Shown piece after piece: positions 1 through 12,501 of a stretch of DNA of 64,000 nucleotides (positions are counted from its first letter, which is position 1; the number at the start of each line of letters is the position of its first letter). The position numbers and the translations under genes were made by a program. Origin of the DNA: Eledone cirrhosa (lineage: Eukaryota); contig OZ024742.1 in assembly GCA_964016885.1 (NCBI GenBank), positions 56,978,001-57,042,000 of the forward strand. Direction: 5' to 3'. Below the pieces are notes generated by a model that was not told the origin of the DNA, made no database searches, and was given only the letters and a program-made list of their open reading frames with translations.

Positions 1-2690
1 GAGTATTTCAAACGTTGCTGTTAGGACAGGCACAGCAAACACATTGTGAGCCACTATTTTGTTTTGCCCAGAGTTTCGATGACCAAATCTTTCTTAATCG
101 AGTGTAGTATTCCGTGGTTACGAGTTCCTTATTACAGATACCATTATAGGATATGTTCTCATCTATCCCCAGGTATCTGTAGCAGTCATCATCAGATATC
201 GGTGAATCAGTTAGGCCATTAATGATAATATTGCTAGATTGGGTTGTTGTTTTTCCCCGCTTTACAGTCACGTATGAGCATTTATCTTGGCCAAACTCCA
301 TTCCTATAGCCTTTGAGAACGTTGTAACCAGGTCAAGATTTTTCTTCATCCCATCCATGTTCTTGGCATAGAGTTTCAGATCATCCACAAAGAAATTATG
401 GGTTAGGTTCGTATTTCTGTCCTCCTGTAAGCCAATGATGTATCCCGCACATTTCTTGAGCAGAAAGCACAAGGTGCTTAATGACAGGATGAATAATATC
501 ACAGAGAGACTGTCTCCCTGAAATATCCCCCTGCGATATTTTATTTTATCAGTGAAAATAGAGTCCTCCCTCTCTGTCGTTAACCTTAGGATATTAGCTT
601 CTCTATGGCTCTGATAATAATGTCTCGGGCTTTAGCAAGTCGGAGGGCCTCTTTCATCCAAAAGTGGGGAACAGAATCGAAAGCTTTCCTGTAGTCCAGC
701 CAGACTGTAGCCACTTTCCTCCTAAGTTGTCGCACCTCTGACATCACTGTTTTGTTGATTAGGAGTTGTTCAGCACATCCCCAACCCCTTTCTTTCCAGC
801 TGCTTGTTCATCTGTGATGATGTTATTATTTTCACAGTGACCTTGGAGGAATAGGTTCAGGCCGGCTGTATACATCTTATACATCAGGCTCTGGCATGCA
901 ATGGGTCGGTAGTTTTTTGCCAAGTGGGTGTCTTTGTTCTTGGGGACCATTAATGTTTGTGCTAATGTCAACCATTCTGGTATAAGTGTATCTCCCTTAA
1001 GAACTTGTTGGTAGAGGTCAGTAAGATACCTCCGATAGAATATCAGTTTTTTGTACCAGTAGCCGACAATCATGTCTCTACCTGGTACCTGGTGTTTCTT
1101 ATCTTGGAGTTTTCCTATCACAGTCTCAAGGGTACCCTCACTTATTTCGTTTGTTTTTGTTGTAGTGTAGGAGCAATAGTTCTTTCGGGTTTCTTTTAGC
1201 CACACTGCATCTTCGTTGAAATTCTTCTTTTCACCCCATATTTTTCTCCAAAAAGAATCTATGTCTTTCTGGGATGGGGCCTCACTGACACTTATTATTT
1301 TACCCTTCATATCTCTATAGACTGATGTTTGGTTTCGTCTGAATCTTTTATTAAGCACTTTTCTTTCATCTACCTTCTTCAGGTATCGGCGTTTTTCGCT
1401 AACAGCTCTCAATTCTTGTTTGACGGTGATCAGCTTATATTGAAGAGTTCTGGTTCTACTGTTACCAAACATCGTCGATATTTTATTTTTCTCTCTTTGT
1501 TGGTGAGGAGTGAGGTTTGTTTGTGTTTGTTTGCATGTAAGGAGCATTATCACATATCCTATGGTTTTTCGTAGGTCAGCAATCTTTTTTTCTATTTTAA
1601 TTATATATGATGGTGTTTTTGGTGGTGTTTTGTTCTTGTAAATATCTCTGCTATCACCAAGATAATACTTCACTGTCGTTGCTAAGGCATATAAACAGGC
1701 ATTGGTTTGCTAAAATGTTGGGGTTTTTATCCGTCGTAAATATTCATCCCCTATTTCGTCAATAACACGTAATATTTCATTATTTGTTTTTTTATTAAAT
1801 ATTGTCGTTTTAATACGTTCAGAAAGAGAGATATTTATATATGAATTAATTCCCCTCTGGAAGATTACGTTGAGGGAAATTTTCAATTGTTTATACTTTT
1901 GATTATTATCATTATCGATAGTATTTTCCACAATAGTCGAGGTATACTCGGATGTTACACGTGGTGTCAAATTTCTTCGATTCTTATCATTATTGATAGG
2001 GTTTTCCCCAGCATTCGAGGTAGACTTAGATGGTACATGTGCTGTCAAGTTTCTTACAGGCATAGTTGTTTCAAGGCACTGTTCGACCTGACTGCTAGGA
2101 AGTCTAGTAGCATGGCGACCTGTAGCACGTGTTGTTGATCCTATGTTTGTTGTGGGGACTTACAATTAATACTATTTATCTTATTTTTACGTTCAACAAA
2201 CGTCGCTTGTTGGCGTAATTGTTTCGCTGTGAAATAATTTAGCTCTGGGTGCATTTCGTCCCAGTGTAACTTCATTCTGTTCATATAGCCAATGAAGGGA
2301 TTGTTTTTTGCCATTTTATAACAATTAAATAAATCATCATTAAGTTCGCAACTCCAAGAGAAATGCGATTTATAATTTCGGTTTCTTCTGTAGATACAAC
2401 TGAATAAATTTTGTTTATCTTTCTCGTTGTTCATCTTCGATACTTCCTTAATGTTATTGTTGTTGATGTTGTGTTCAGCCATGCTGTTTGTAGCAAATCC
2501 TTGTAAAATGAATTATGTATTTAGTCGGATATCTCTACGAATTCGAATAAAAGGTGTCTTCAGAAGATATAGTTAGAAGAATAACCAGTTATTCAACATG
2601 ACTGTAGTTGTGGCATTACTGTCGGAGATAGTATTCATCTTAAATTTAATAAATAGTCTCCCACGCCAAAATATGCGACTGATTGCGTGA
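1..2690 (-). mobile_element. Decayed R4/Dong-type RLE non-LTR retrotransposon (5' part and RT), runs off the window start
   Basis: Frameshifted minus-strand ORFs 2141..2482 (N-terminal FSWSCELN..CY..GYMNRMKLHW, like the start of ORF 7915), 759..1673 (KNYRPIACQ, EQAAGKKG) and 8..502 (FFVDDLKLY, YRYLG). The 5' end abuts a degenerate (ATGT)n at ~2691, which reads (TACA)n on the element strand. Nucleotides ~100-220 match the 13135-13250 copy. Confidence 0.88.
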
Positions 2691-3418
2691 CTATATGTAT
2701 GTATATATGTATGTATGTGTGTATGCATGATAAATGTATGTATATGATCGTATTTTGTAACCTTTAATCAGCTCCTAACATTTATATCAAGAACCAGGTT
2801 GAGGTATGCAGAAAGTACATTTCCATTTCGCACAGATGAATCGAACTGCTCGTATGGATCGATATAGTCGAGATGTTCCAGCCACCTAAACGTATGTTAT
2901 TTATTGTTGGTGACCATGAGAATTTATCAAACCTCTGTCTTATCGATTTTACGTTTAGCCCTGCGAAACCTAAAATCAATAAAGCTGAGAGATTGTTAAG
3001 AATAGCCTGCAACAATGAGCCAGTTTATGAATTCTTAAAAGCATCTTGTAGAAATAGTCTGATAAGCCACATTGGATCTTTCCTGTACATAGGCCAGTTC
3101 TCATTACAAATATATCTAGCACTCACATTTATTTCACAGCATCGTCCATTTGGCCTCATAAATATATAATGTAATCAACAGAGTTGTGTCAAATATCGAA
3201 TTTTATGCTGATTTCCCTATATTGATGTTTAAAACAAATTCATTTGTGTTCGATCAGATACAAGTTGAATTACATGTACACCGTGCAGAATCACATGAAT
3301 ACATATATGCATATATACACACGCACGCACACCCGCACATACACACATACACACATACACACATACATAATATATGTGTATACATAACGTATATGTTTAT
3401 GTGTGAGTCTATGTATAT

Positions 3419-3449
<31 letters not shown>

Positions 3450-3486
3450 ATGTGTGTGTGTGTGTGTGTAAATATATATGTATTAC

Positions 3487-3533
<47 letters not shown>

Positions 3534-3692
3534 CGAAGAAAGTGTGTAAGGAACCAGATGGACCATAACGCACCAGAGTACTCAATACTTATGGTAGTAG
3601 AGTGGGTAATAGGAAAATGTCCAAGACCCCGACGGCAGAGTTCAAGCCGTTTAGATGGCTATTTCTGAACTAAATGTTCTAAATTAGAACAT

Positions 3693-3729
<37 letters not shown>

Positions 3730-4544
3730 CATATGATACATATATATATATATATACATATGATACATATATTTACGCACACACATATATACACACATAT
3801 ATATATATTACCACGCACATACACACATACACACACATTTACACACACAACTACACACATTTATGTTGTGTGAGTTTGTGTATGGACCGCATCGTGTGAT
3901 AGTACATTGTTATATAGATGATTGAGCGTTTGTTTAGTTCGTTGTTGATTGAAAAGTAACGTTTAAAAAATAAATGCTTCTCAATAAAACCCTGTTAGCA
4001 TGTCGGTGCAGCTTCTTCTCCGATATTTTCAGGTCATTAATTTTCCATGTGGGTGGCTCAGTTAATCCATATTAAACGCTTCTTTGAAACACGATCAGGC
4101 GAAACTTATGTTACATGCATTTCTAATATGTTTATTTATTTACATATTTTACATGGCAGTAAGTAAACAATAACGTCCGTGTTTACAGGTTCGCAACGAA
4201 TCATTTAGTTTTAATAGCCTTTCTCAGCACGAGGTGTTTTCATCACTTAGTCAAAAGAAAAAAATACCTAAGACTATTTTATTTTGTATAAATTTATTAA
4301 TATTATTTCTTTTTTTCTTTTAAGGCATCCGAAAAATTTAGGAGTGAAGCAGGCATTGATCCTGAATATTTGCAACAGAATGTACTCCACTAAATACACA
4401 CAAGGTCCATATATGTATTCCTGGTGAGATAAGTTAGTTTTCATTTGATCCTGTCACAAAAAGTGTTTAATACAAGATTAACTGACATTTAGAAACTTTT
4501 ATGCCCTGGAGCATCGGTAAAGCAGCAGCACCGTCATGATGGTG

Positions 4545-4692
4545 ATGTAGGTGGTGTTAAACTGAGTATTAGATTCATTGAACTACCCAAGAAGGCAACG
4601 TCAGATTTTGAACCCAAGATATAAAAAAAACGTATCAAATACTGCAAGACATCCTGATCGATGCTCTGACTATGCCGCCTGTTCACCGCCTT
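4545..4692 (-). mobile_element. Old, diverged copy of the tRNA-derived SINE head
   Basis: Reverse complement reads ...ggcggtgaacaggcggcatagtcagagcatcgatcag...gggttcaaaatctgacgttgcc, similar to the young SINE head and B box. Confidence 0.45.
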
Positions 4693-5103
4693 AAACTGGT
4701 CCTTCATTGATCATAAACCTAACCTATTCCACCAGGAATACACCTCAGTAAATTTCCCCGTTTTTCTTACAATTACCTTATATAATAAAAAACGATGTTT
4801 TTCTTATGTTTCATATGTTGTTATCACCGACGATTGCTGCTTTCTTTCGTCTTATGTTTTTTATTGGATTTGTCTCGGTGTCTTTGTATTTTAATCTTTA
4901 TGTCAATGTGTGACTTATGAGGCCAGGTACTTACTAGCACAAATGTTATTAGTTTCTAGTGGAAATATTGCTAATATATATATATTGATAATATATATAT
5001 ATATATGGAGGAGAGAGAGAGAGATACAGACATCTACAACGTTATACATATTGTGCGGGCTAAATACATATATATATGTGTGTAGCGTAAGGCTGCATGT
5101 GCT

Positions 5104-5105
<2 letters not shown>

Positions 5106-5135
<30 letters not shown>

Positions 5136-5198
5136 CATACATACATACATACATACATACATACATACATACATACATACATACATACATACATACAT
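5106..5198. repeat. (TACA)n microsatellite
   Basis: Perfect tetranucleotide run. Similar runs lie at ~5771-5857, 6208-6249, 6671-6734, 7245-7280, 11706-11780, 12394-12501 and 13074-13128, each between retroelement pieces. Confidence 0.97.
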
Positions 5199-5691
5199 GG
5201 TGGCTGCCAACTCGTTTTCGAGTACGGCCACTACTTTATATCTTGAAAACTCTGTGACAATTATTGACACATAGTGCTGGGCCCATGGTACCATGTGACA
5301 ACAAATGCAGAGAGATCTCCAGATATAAAGCAATGCCTGTGCCGTGAAGCTTTTATAGTGAGCAAAGGCACTGCACAAAGCCAGTCCCACTCTCTTAACC
5401 AAGATGATATTTACCAAAAAGAAGAACAAGTCAACATCATTGGATACCATCAGGGTTGCAGGTGTTATATCAGAGTTTTCCTTCTCCTAGAATTCTGCCT
5501 TGACAAAGGCTAAGGGGTCATCCCTCCCGGTGATTTTGGATGGCCATTGACTCTTAAGAGCTCCTTTGCCCTTTGACAGGTTTTGTTTTTAGTCCTGCAG
5601 GATGTCCAAAGTCACCCTCCTCACCAAGAAACCTTGGTGGGGTTGCCAGTTTAGTCGCCAACAGCCCGACCATGAGACAGGTTGTACTGGG
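5199..5691 (-). mobile_element. Non-coding RTE-derived (bipartite-like) retroelement, copy 1
   Basis: Minus strand has GGCGACTAAACTGGCAACCCC and GGCAGAATTCTAGGAGAAGGAAAACTCTGAT, resembling conserved RTE-clade 5'-UTR blocks (from memory). It ends in a hairpin (tggc..CTCG-AAAA-CGAG..gcca) followed by (ATGT)n. A second copy lies at 6250-6670. Confidence 0.6.
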
Positions 5692-5857
5692 ATGTATGTA
5701 TGTATGTATGTATGTATGTATGTATGTATGTATGTATGTATGTACGTACGTACGTACGTACGTACGTACGTACATACATACATACATACATACATACATA
5801 CATACATACATACATACATACATACATACATACATACATACATACATACATACATAC
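5692..5857. repeat. Compound microsatellite (ATGT)n-(ACGT)n-(ACAT)n forming a near-perfect palindrome
   Basis: Repeat orientation flips through a self-complementary (TACG)n centre at ~5743-5771. Confidence 0.9.
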
Positions 5858-6207
5858 TACAAATCTTGAGAAGCTAACCTTCATAGGAACATAAAGAACA
5901 CAACTAGTTAGGAAATTACAAGTACACTCCATTAATGGAACAGTAAAAATATATAAAACATTCCAAAGATTTTGCATCTAATAACTGCATATACACATGT
6001 ACAGATACAAAGCATATACACATGCACACATACAACTCAAAACATCCACATCCACACATACAATAACATCCATATCTACACATGCATGCATGCTGACATA
6101 CATACATATCTACCTAGTTGATGTTGTGTAAATTCCAATGAGAGCATCTTGTGTCTATGTTAGAAACCGACTCTCTCTATTGGTAAAACTTTGTGAAATT
6201 ATAAAAC
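5858..6207 (+). mobile_element. 5'-truncated R4/Dong subfamily B 3' end
   Basis: Encodes ...LVRKLQVHSINGTVKIYKTFQ, the C-terminal motif equivalent to GTFKICKTF, plus a 3' UTR ending gaaattataaaa then (CATA)n. Matches 6735-7244 and 11781-12393. Confidence 0.85.
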
Positions 6208-6249
6208 ATACATACATACATATATACATACATACATACATACATACAT

Positions 6250-6670
6250 GGTGGCTGCCAACTCGTTTTCGAGTACAGCCACTACTTTATATCCATGTAG
6301 GAGAACCCCTACCGATGCGCTGAACGAGTGTGTCTTTTTAGTCCAGCCAGCGACTTGAAAACTCTGGTACAAGCGCTACACTTGTGACAATTATTGACAC
6401 ATAGTGCTGATCTCATGGTACCACGTGACGACAAGTGCAGAGAAATCTCCAGATATAAAACAATACCTGTGCCGTGAATCTTTTATAGTGAGCAAAGGCA
6501 CTGTACAAAGCCAGTCCCACTCTCTTAACCAAGATGATATTTACCAAAAAGAAGAACAAGTCAACATCATTGGATACCATCAGGGTTGCAGGTGTTATAT
6601 CAGAGTTTTCCTTCTCCTAGAATTCTGCCTTGACAAAGGCTAAGGGGTCGTCTCTCCCGGTGATTTTGGA
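6250..6670 (-). mobile_element. Non-coding RTE-derived retroelement, copy 2 (5'-truncated)
   Basis: Close nucleotide match to 5199-5540, with extra internal sequence around 6293-6382. Flanked by (TACA)n on both sides. Confidence 0.6.
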
Positions 6671-6734
6671 TACATACATACATACATACATACATACATA
6701 CATACATACATACATACATACATACATACATACA

Positions 6735-7244
6735 GGTGCCCAGCAGATGCCAATATAATATCAAAGATTAGCGAAAAGGAGAATATGTATACAGAACTGA
6801 TGAGAAATCTGCAGATACTCCACCTTGATTACACCTTCAGATTTATATGCCTGTGATTATTGGGGCACTGGGGTATGTTAGTAACTGCCTCAATACACAT
6901 CTTGAGAAGCTAGGCTTCACAGGAACAGAAAGAACACAACTAGTTAGGAAATTACAAGTATAATCCATTAATGGAACAGTAAAAATATGTAAAACATTCC
7001 AAAAATGTTGCATCTAATAACTGCATATACACATGTACAGATACTAAGCATATACACATGCACACATACAACTTAAAACATACACATCCACACATACAAT
7101 AACATCCATATCTACACATGCATGCATGCATACATAATCTACCTAGTTGATGTTGTGTAAATTCCAATGAGAGAGTCGTGTGTCTATGTTAGAAACCGAC
7201 TCACTCTCTATTGGGAAAAAACTTGTGAAATTATAAAACCAGAA
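6735..7244 (+). mobile_element. 5'-truncated R4/Dong subfamily B 3' end
   Basis: CPADANIISKISEKENMYTELMRNL (RLE C-terminus), then a 3' UTR ending ttataaaaccagaa. (TACA)n on both sides. Confidence 0.88.
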
Positions 7245-7914
7245 CATACATACATACATACATACATACATACATACATAAATGGCGACCATTGTGGTCA
7301 GTGTCCGATAATCGGACGTGTGTAATTACGGCTTACATGAAGGCAACATACCATATATTGGAAAAAGTTGAGCTACATTACGCGGTAAGATTACATACAA
7401 TAATTCTACATAAGTGTTTAAACTGTAAGTGTGTTGTAAAACACCTATTTATATGAACGATACATACACTTATGATATATGAACGATACATACACTTTAA
7501 CATATAAATGCAACGTTGTTATATTACATTTATAAAGAAATATACAAGTAACGTTTTCGATTAAGAAACAAAAATATAAGTGTTTGAACTGTGAATATGT
7601 TGTGAATAGGTTGTAGAACACCTATTTATATGAATGATACATAAACTTTAACATATAAATACCGCGTTGTTATATTATATTACATTCATAAAGGAATATA
7701 CTAAGTAACGGTTCTTTTTGTTCTCGATTCAAACGATTCAAGAACAACGTTTAAAACACAGTTGTAGAATTAAAAACTAACTGAAAAGAAATATTACCCA
7801 AGCTGTGAATAACTTTAAATTTGATTCTGACAGAACTTTGTCGTAACTTTTAAAGAAGATCATCGACTATTTTGAAAAATAAATACGAAATATTAGTGAA
7901 TAGACGAACTCATC

Positions 7915-10900
7915 ATGGCAAAAAGTACAAGTCTCCTTCGACCAAATCGCAACTACAGCCGTTGTACACAGTGGAGCTACGAGCTAAACAAAGTATTATA
8001 TGAAGCATACAAACAATCTGAACCCCAAAAGTTCGGTTTTATGCAAAGGCTAAAAACTTTATGGAACTCCAAACACCCAGAATCAGACTTTTCTCCAAAG
8101 CATTTAAATGAACAGGCAAAACGTATCATTAGATGTAAATTGATACATCTAACGGAATTGAGTGATACTACAAATACAGCCCTTGTAGACAACCACCCCA
8201 CCTCCGCTGACAGACAAAGAGAATGGCCAGCTAAATCTAGCAGTGAACAGCTCACCAACAATTTTGCTGAAATCCATCCAACTTCCACTGAAGAACAGCG
8301 AGAAAGGTCAGCTGACTCTAGTAGTAATTGTCACCACATCAACAACGAGGCTGAAATTCATGACTCTACTGTACAAACAGAGCACCAAAAACTTGTGGGC
8401 ACCCTACAAGTGATATGGAACGATATGTTTCAAGAGATACACAGCCTTAATGTGAGTGACAGACCATACAACACTAGAGTCAGTAAAGAACCCACTAAAT
8501 TGGAATTGGAAGCGGTGAACGAAATAGCTGGCAATTATCTGAAGGCTATACGATCTAAAGGTGTAGAAACGACATTTGAAACGCTTAATGTTTTGTTATA
8601 TGTTTCAGCTGTCACATTGCTATCATATAACACACATCTAAAACCACGCAATCAAGATACAAACAGAAAGCCTGAACCAGCGTGGATGCGAAATTTAAAA
8701 ACCAAAATGTTGTCCCTGAGACGAAGTATCTCACATATCGCAGTGGTTATGAAATGCAACATAGAGAGCAACTTCACACGACACCAGGAAGACCTAAAGA
8801 AAAAGTTAGAGAGACGATTTGGAGATACAAAATTTAAAACTTTGAACTCCAAATTACACCAGTTGAAACAACAACTCACAGCTACAACAGAAAGACTAAA
8901 ATATAAGTCAACAGCACATAAACGACAAGTGCTAAATAGATTGTTTGCCAGAGATCCTAAATCATTTTATCGCAGCTTCGGTGGCAAAAGCTCAATCCCT
9001 GTAAACGACACCCCTTCAAAAAAACAGGTTGAGAGCTACTGGAGATATGTATGGGAAACGGATGACGGATTCAACAGACAAGCTAATTGGCTAAAAGAAC
9101 TGGAACAGGACTACTGCCAACATGTCCAGACAAAACAATATGACATAGATGGGTCAATACTGGAAACAGCTCTACAGAAAATGTCGAATAGGAAATCACC
9201 AGGCCCAGACCTCATTACAGGATACTGGTTGAAGAATTTCACTTTCTATCGGCAAGATCTCATACGGCTGTTTACAGAAACCATTGAGGGCACACAAGAA
9301 CTGCCCAGATGGTTATCATCTGCCACTACTCTCCTCATTCCCCAAAATAGCCAAACCGCCCTTGCTAAAAATTACCGCCCAATTGCCTGCCAAAACATCA
9401 TGTATAAATTATATACTGGGTGCCTTAACCTGTTCTTACAGGATCACTGTGCTACCAACAACATCATAACACCTGAGCAAGCTGGTGGAAAGAGGGAGGT
9501 GTGGGGTTGCATAGATCACCTACTAACTAACAAAATGATTCAGGAAAAAACAACAAAGAATCGCAGAAACATGACTGTCGTGTGGCTGGACTATCAAAAA
9601 GCATTTGATAGTGTACCTCATGGGTGGATTATTAAGGCTTTACAGTTAGCTAAAGTCCCACAACCATTTGTAGCTGCTGTTGAACGCCTGACCAAGAACT
9701 GGTACACCAATTTGATCCTTAGAGGTGAGAAGGAGCAGGTTAAGACTGATAAGATACATTACCAGAAGGGCATCTTTCAGGGTGATAGCTTGTCAGTGCT
9801 ACTCTTCGTTCTCTCACTGAATCCACTATCTTACCTACTCAGGAAACAAGGTGGACAAAGAAGTGGGCCCAGAAGTATCTCCCATCTTTTCTTTGTTGAT
9901 GACCTGAAGTTGTATGGGCCAAATATCAATGACATCAAGAAACAATTAGACCTCATTACACAATTTTCAACCGACATCAAAATGAAATTTGGTGAGTCCA
10001 AGTGTGCATATTTGGCAGTAAAACGTGGAAGAGCTGTGCCCTCCTCTAGAAATCTAGAGATGAACGGCCTGACAATACAACCTCTGCAGTCAGGTGACAA
10101 CTACAGATATCTTGGACATGATGAGAATGTCAGATATGATGGACCCATAAATAAGGAGAGAACCAGAACTGAATACCTCAGAAGAGTAAAGAAAATATGG
10201 TCATCAGAACTGTCAGCATACAACAAATACATTGCCCACAATACTTATGCTGTGCCAATTCTAACGCCAACATTTGGCCTACTGAACTGGTCATTGCAAG
10301 AACTAAGTGAGATGGATGTTAGAACTCGAAAACTTCTCAGTGTTACTGGGAACTTTAACATCAATGGTGATGTGGATAGGCTATACTTCTCACGCAAGGA
10401 AGGTGGCCGGGGTCTAAAATCAATATTAACAACATATGAGACCCGGATAGTAACACTGAAGCAACACCTTCAACAGAGGAAAAAGGTTGGCAACCATCTT
10501 GCCCAGGTTTATGAGCATGAAAAAAGAAATATCATTAGAATAGCGACTGATCTGGAGGAGAGATATGGAATAAAGCCTGATATAAATCTCTCACCCAGAG
10601 AAATCGGAAGATCCTATTCAATGTTCAAACAAGATAAGAAAATTGACCAATTTACAGAAAAAGTTGTGCATGGATACTTGAGGCGTAAAACACAGACCAT
10701 AGAGGGGATAAACCACTCAAAAAGCCTGGCATGGAGTTCCGACGAGTTTATGACATCACACCTTGAGGGATATCTCTATGCAATACAGGAACAAGAACTC
10801 CCTACCAAATATCTGCTGCACAAAAGAGGAGGGCCAGCAGCTGACAATAAATGTAGGCTATGTAAAACAAAGATCGAGGATGTAAGCCACATTGTTGCCA

Positions 10901-11624
10901 GCTGCGAAAGAATGTCATCTCGCTACTACCTCCCCATGAGACACGATGGGATAGCTAGAACCATCTGGAACGCACTTCGGAAAACAAAATTAACAACAAA
11001 CGAGGAAGAATATATTGAGACAGATGGCACTAAGGAATACTGGTGGAACCTGAAAATAAAAACTGCCACCAAATTAAAGCACAACCGGCCTGATATTGTA
11101 GTTTGGGACCACACATTGAAAACGTGTTCTGTTGTGGAGATCAGCTGCCCACTTGATGTAAACGTTGTCAGAAAAATACAGGAGAAGGAGGACATCTACG
11201 GACCATTGATGAGGAGTTTACAAATCCAGTATCCAAGATACACTTTTAGCTTCATACTAATCATTATTGGTGCTACGGGGCGGTAGATTGGCAGTATCGG
11301 TAGAGGGTCGGACGCCATGCTTTCCAGCATAGTTACGTCCCTTTACGATCTGAGTTCAAATCCCGCCGAGGTTGACTTTGCCTTTCATCCTTACGGTGTC
11401 GATAAAATAAAGTACCAGTAATGCACTGGGTGATTGCTGGCCTTGTGCCTAAAGTAGAAACAATTATTGGTGCTACGGGTTATATACCAACCCGCTTGGA
11501 CCAAAGTATGACTGAACTTGGATTTGCGGACAAAAAGCGCAGCTCCCTAATTCATAGTCTGCAAATGGCTGCGATAGCTGGCACCTTCAAAATTTGCAAA
11601 ACATTCTTGCGATTCAAGGGATGA
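7915..11624 (+). CDS. R4/Dong polyprotein: N-terminal Myb-like region, reverse transcriptase, CCHC knuckle, PD-(D/E)xK restriction-like endonuclease; interrupted by a SINE at 11280-11462
   Basis: 1123-aa ORF 7915..11286 with NYRPIAC, WLDYQKAFDSVPH, GIFQGDSLS, FFVDDLKLY, YRYLG, CRLC-x8-H-x4-C, RHD and RPDIVVWD..VVEISCP. Deleting 11280-11479 (SINE plus one TSD) restores the frame to IIIGATGYIPT...KTFLRFKG* at 11624 (1169 aa). Confidence 0.93.
11280..11462 (+). mobile_element. Young tRNA-derived SINE (~185 bp) with 17-bp TSD
   Basis: A-box-like TGGCAGTATCGG, B box GAGTTCAAATCC, central GCCTTTCATCCTTACGGTGTCGATAAAATAAAGTACCAG (resembles the MetaSINE domain). TSD ATTATTGGTGCTACGGG at 11263-11279 and 11463-11479. 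Confidence 0.93.
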
Positions 11625-11780
11625 CAATTTCTTTTCTTTTACAACCTTGCCACCAGGAAGGTGGCCGGTCAAAAAAATATACTCGAAATTAAGAGAAAGA
11701 GAAAACATACATACATACATACATACATACATACATACATACATACATACATACATACATACATACATACATACATACAT

Positions 11781-12393
11781 GAAAGAGTACTGGTGGAATG
11801 TTCCAGTAAAAACCCCAATAAAATGCAGGCATAACAGACCAGATATTATGATATGGGACAGGGAGAAGAAATCATGCACAGTAGTGGAAATTAGCTGCCC
11901 AGCAGATGCCAATATAATATCAAAGATTAGTGAAAAGGAGAATATTTATGCAGAACTGATGAGAAATCTGTAGATACTCCACCCTGATTACACCTTAGAT
12001 TTATGCCTGTGATTATTGGGGCCCTGGGGTATGTTAGTAACTGCCTCTATACAAATCTTGTGAAGTTAGGCTTCACAGGAACAGAAAGAACACAACTAGT
12101 TAGGAAATTACAAGTACAATCAATTCATGGAACAGTAAAAATATGTAAAACATTCCAAACATTTTACATCTAATAGCTGCATATATACATGTACAGATAC
12201 TAAGCATATACACATGCACACATACAACTCAAAACATACACATCCATACATACAATAACATCCATATCTACACATGCATGCATATCTACCTAGTTGGCGT
12301 TGTGTAAATTCCAATGAGAGAGTCTTGTGTCTATGTTAGAAACCGACTCTCTCTCTATTGGTAAAACTTTGTGAAATTATAAAACCAGAAGAA
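11781..12393 (+). mobile_element. 5'-truncated R4/Dong subfamily B 3' end
   Basis: [35 protein letters not shown] plus the subfamily B 3' UTR. (TACA)n on both sides. Confidence 0.9.
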
Positions 12394-12501
12394 CATACAT
12401 ACATGCATGCATACATACATACATACATACATACATACATACATACATACATACATACATACATACATACATACATACATACATACATACATACATACAT
12501 A

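Larger units (their letters stand above)
7281..11705 (+). mobile_element. Apparently full-length R4/Dong-type RLE non-LTR retrotransposon (subfamily A) inserted in (TACA)n
   Basis: ~630-bp 5' UTR, single ORF and ~80-bp 3' UTR. Junctions are ...catacata|aatggcgacc and ...gagaaagagaaa|acatacatac. Confidence 0.93.

Noticed and set aside
4325-4423. Possible plus-strand exon after a polypyrimidine-AG
   Set aside because: Short, stop-containing and with no recognisable homology.
7281-7400. Possible HDV-like ribozyme at the Dong 5' end
   Set aside because: Only two simple hairpins are visible; I could not build the nested double pseudoknot by eye.
11280-11462. tRNA genes
   Set aside because: A/B boxes belong to SINE heads; there is no complete cloverleaf and TSDs are present.
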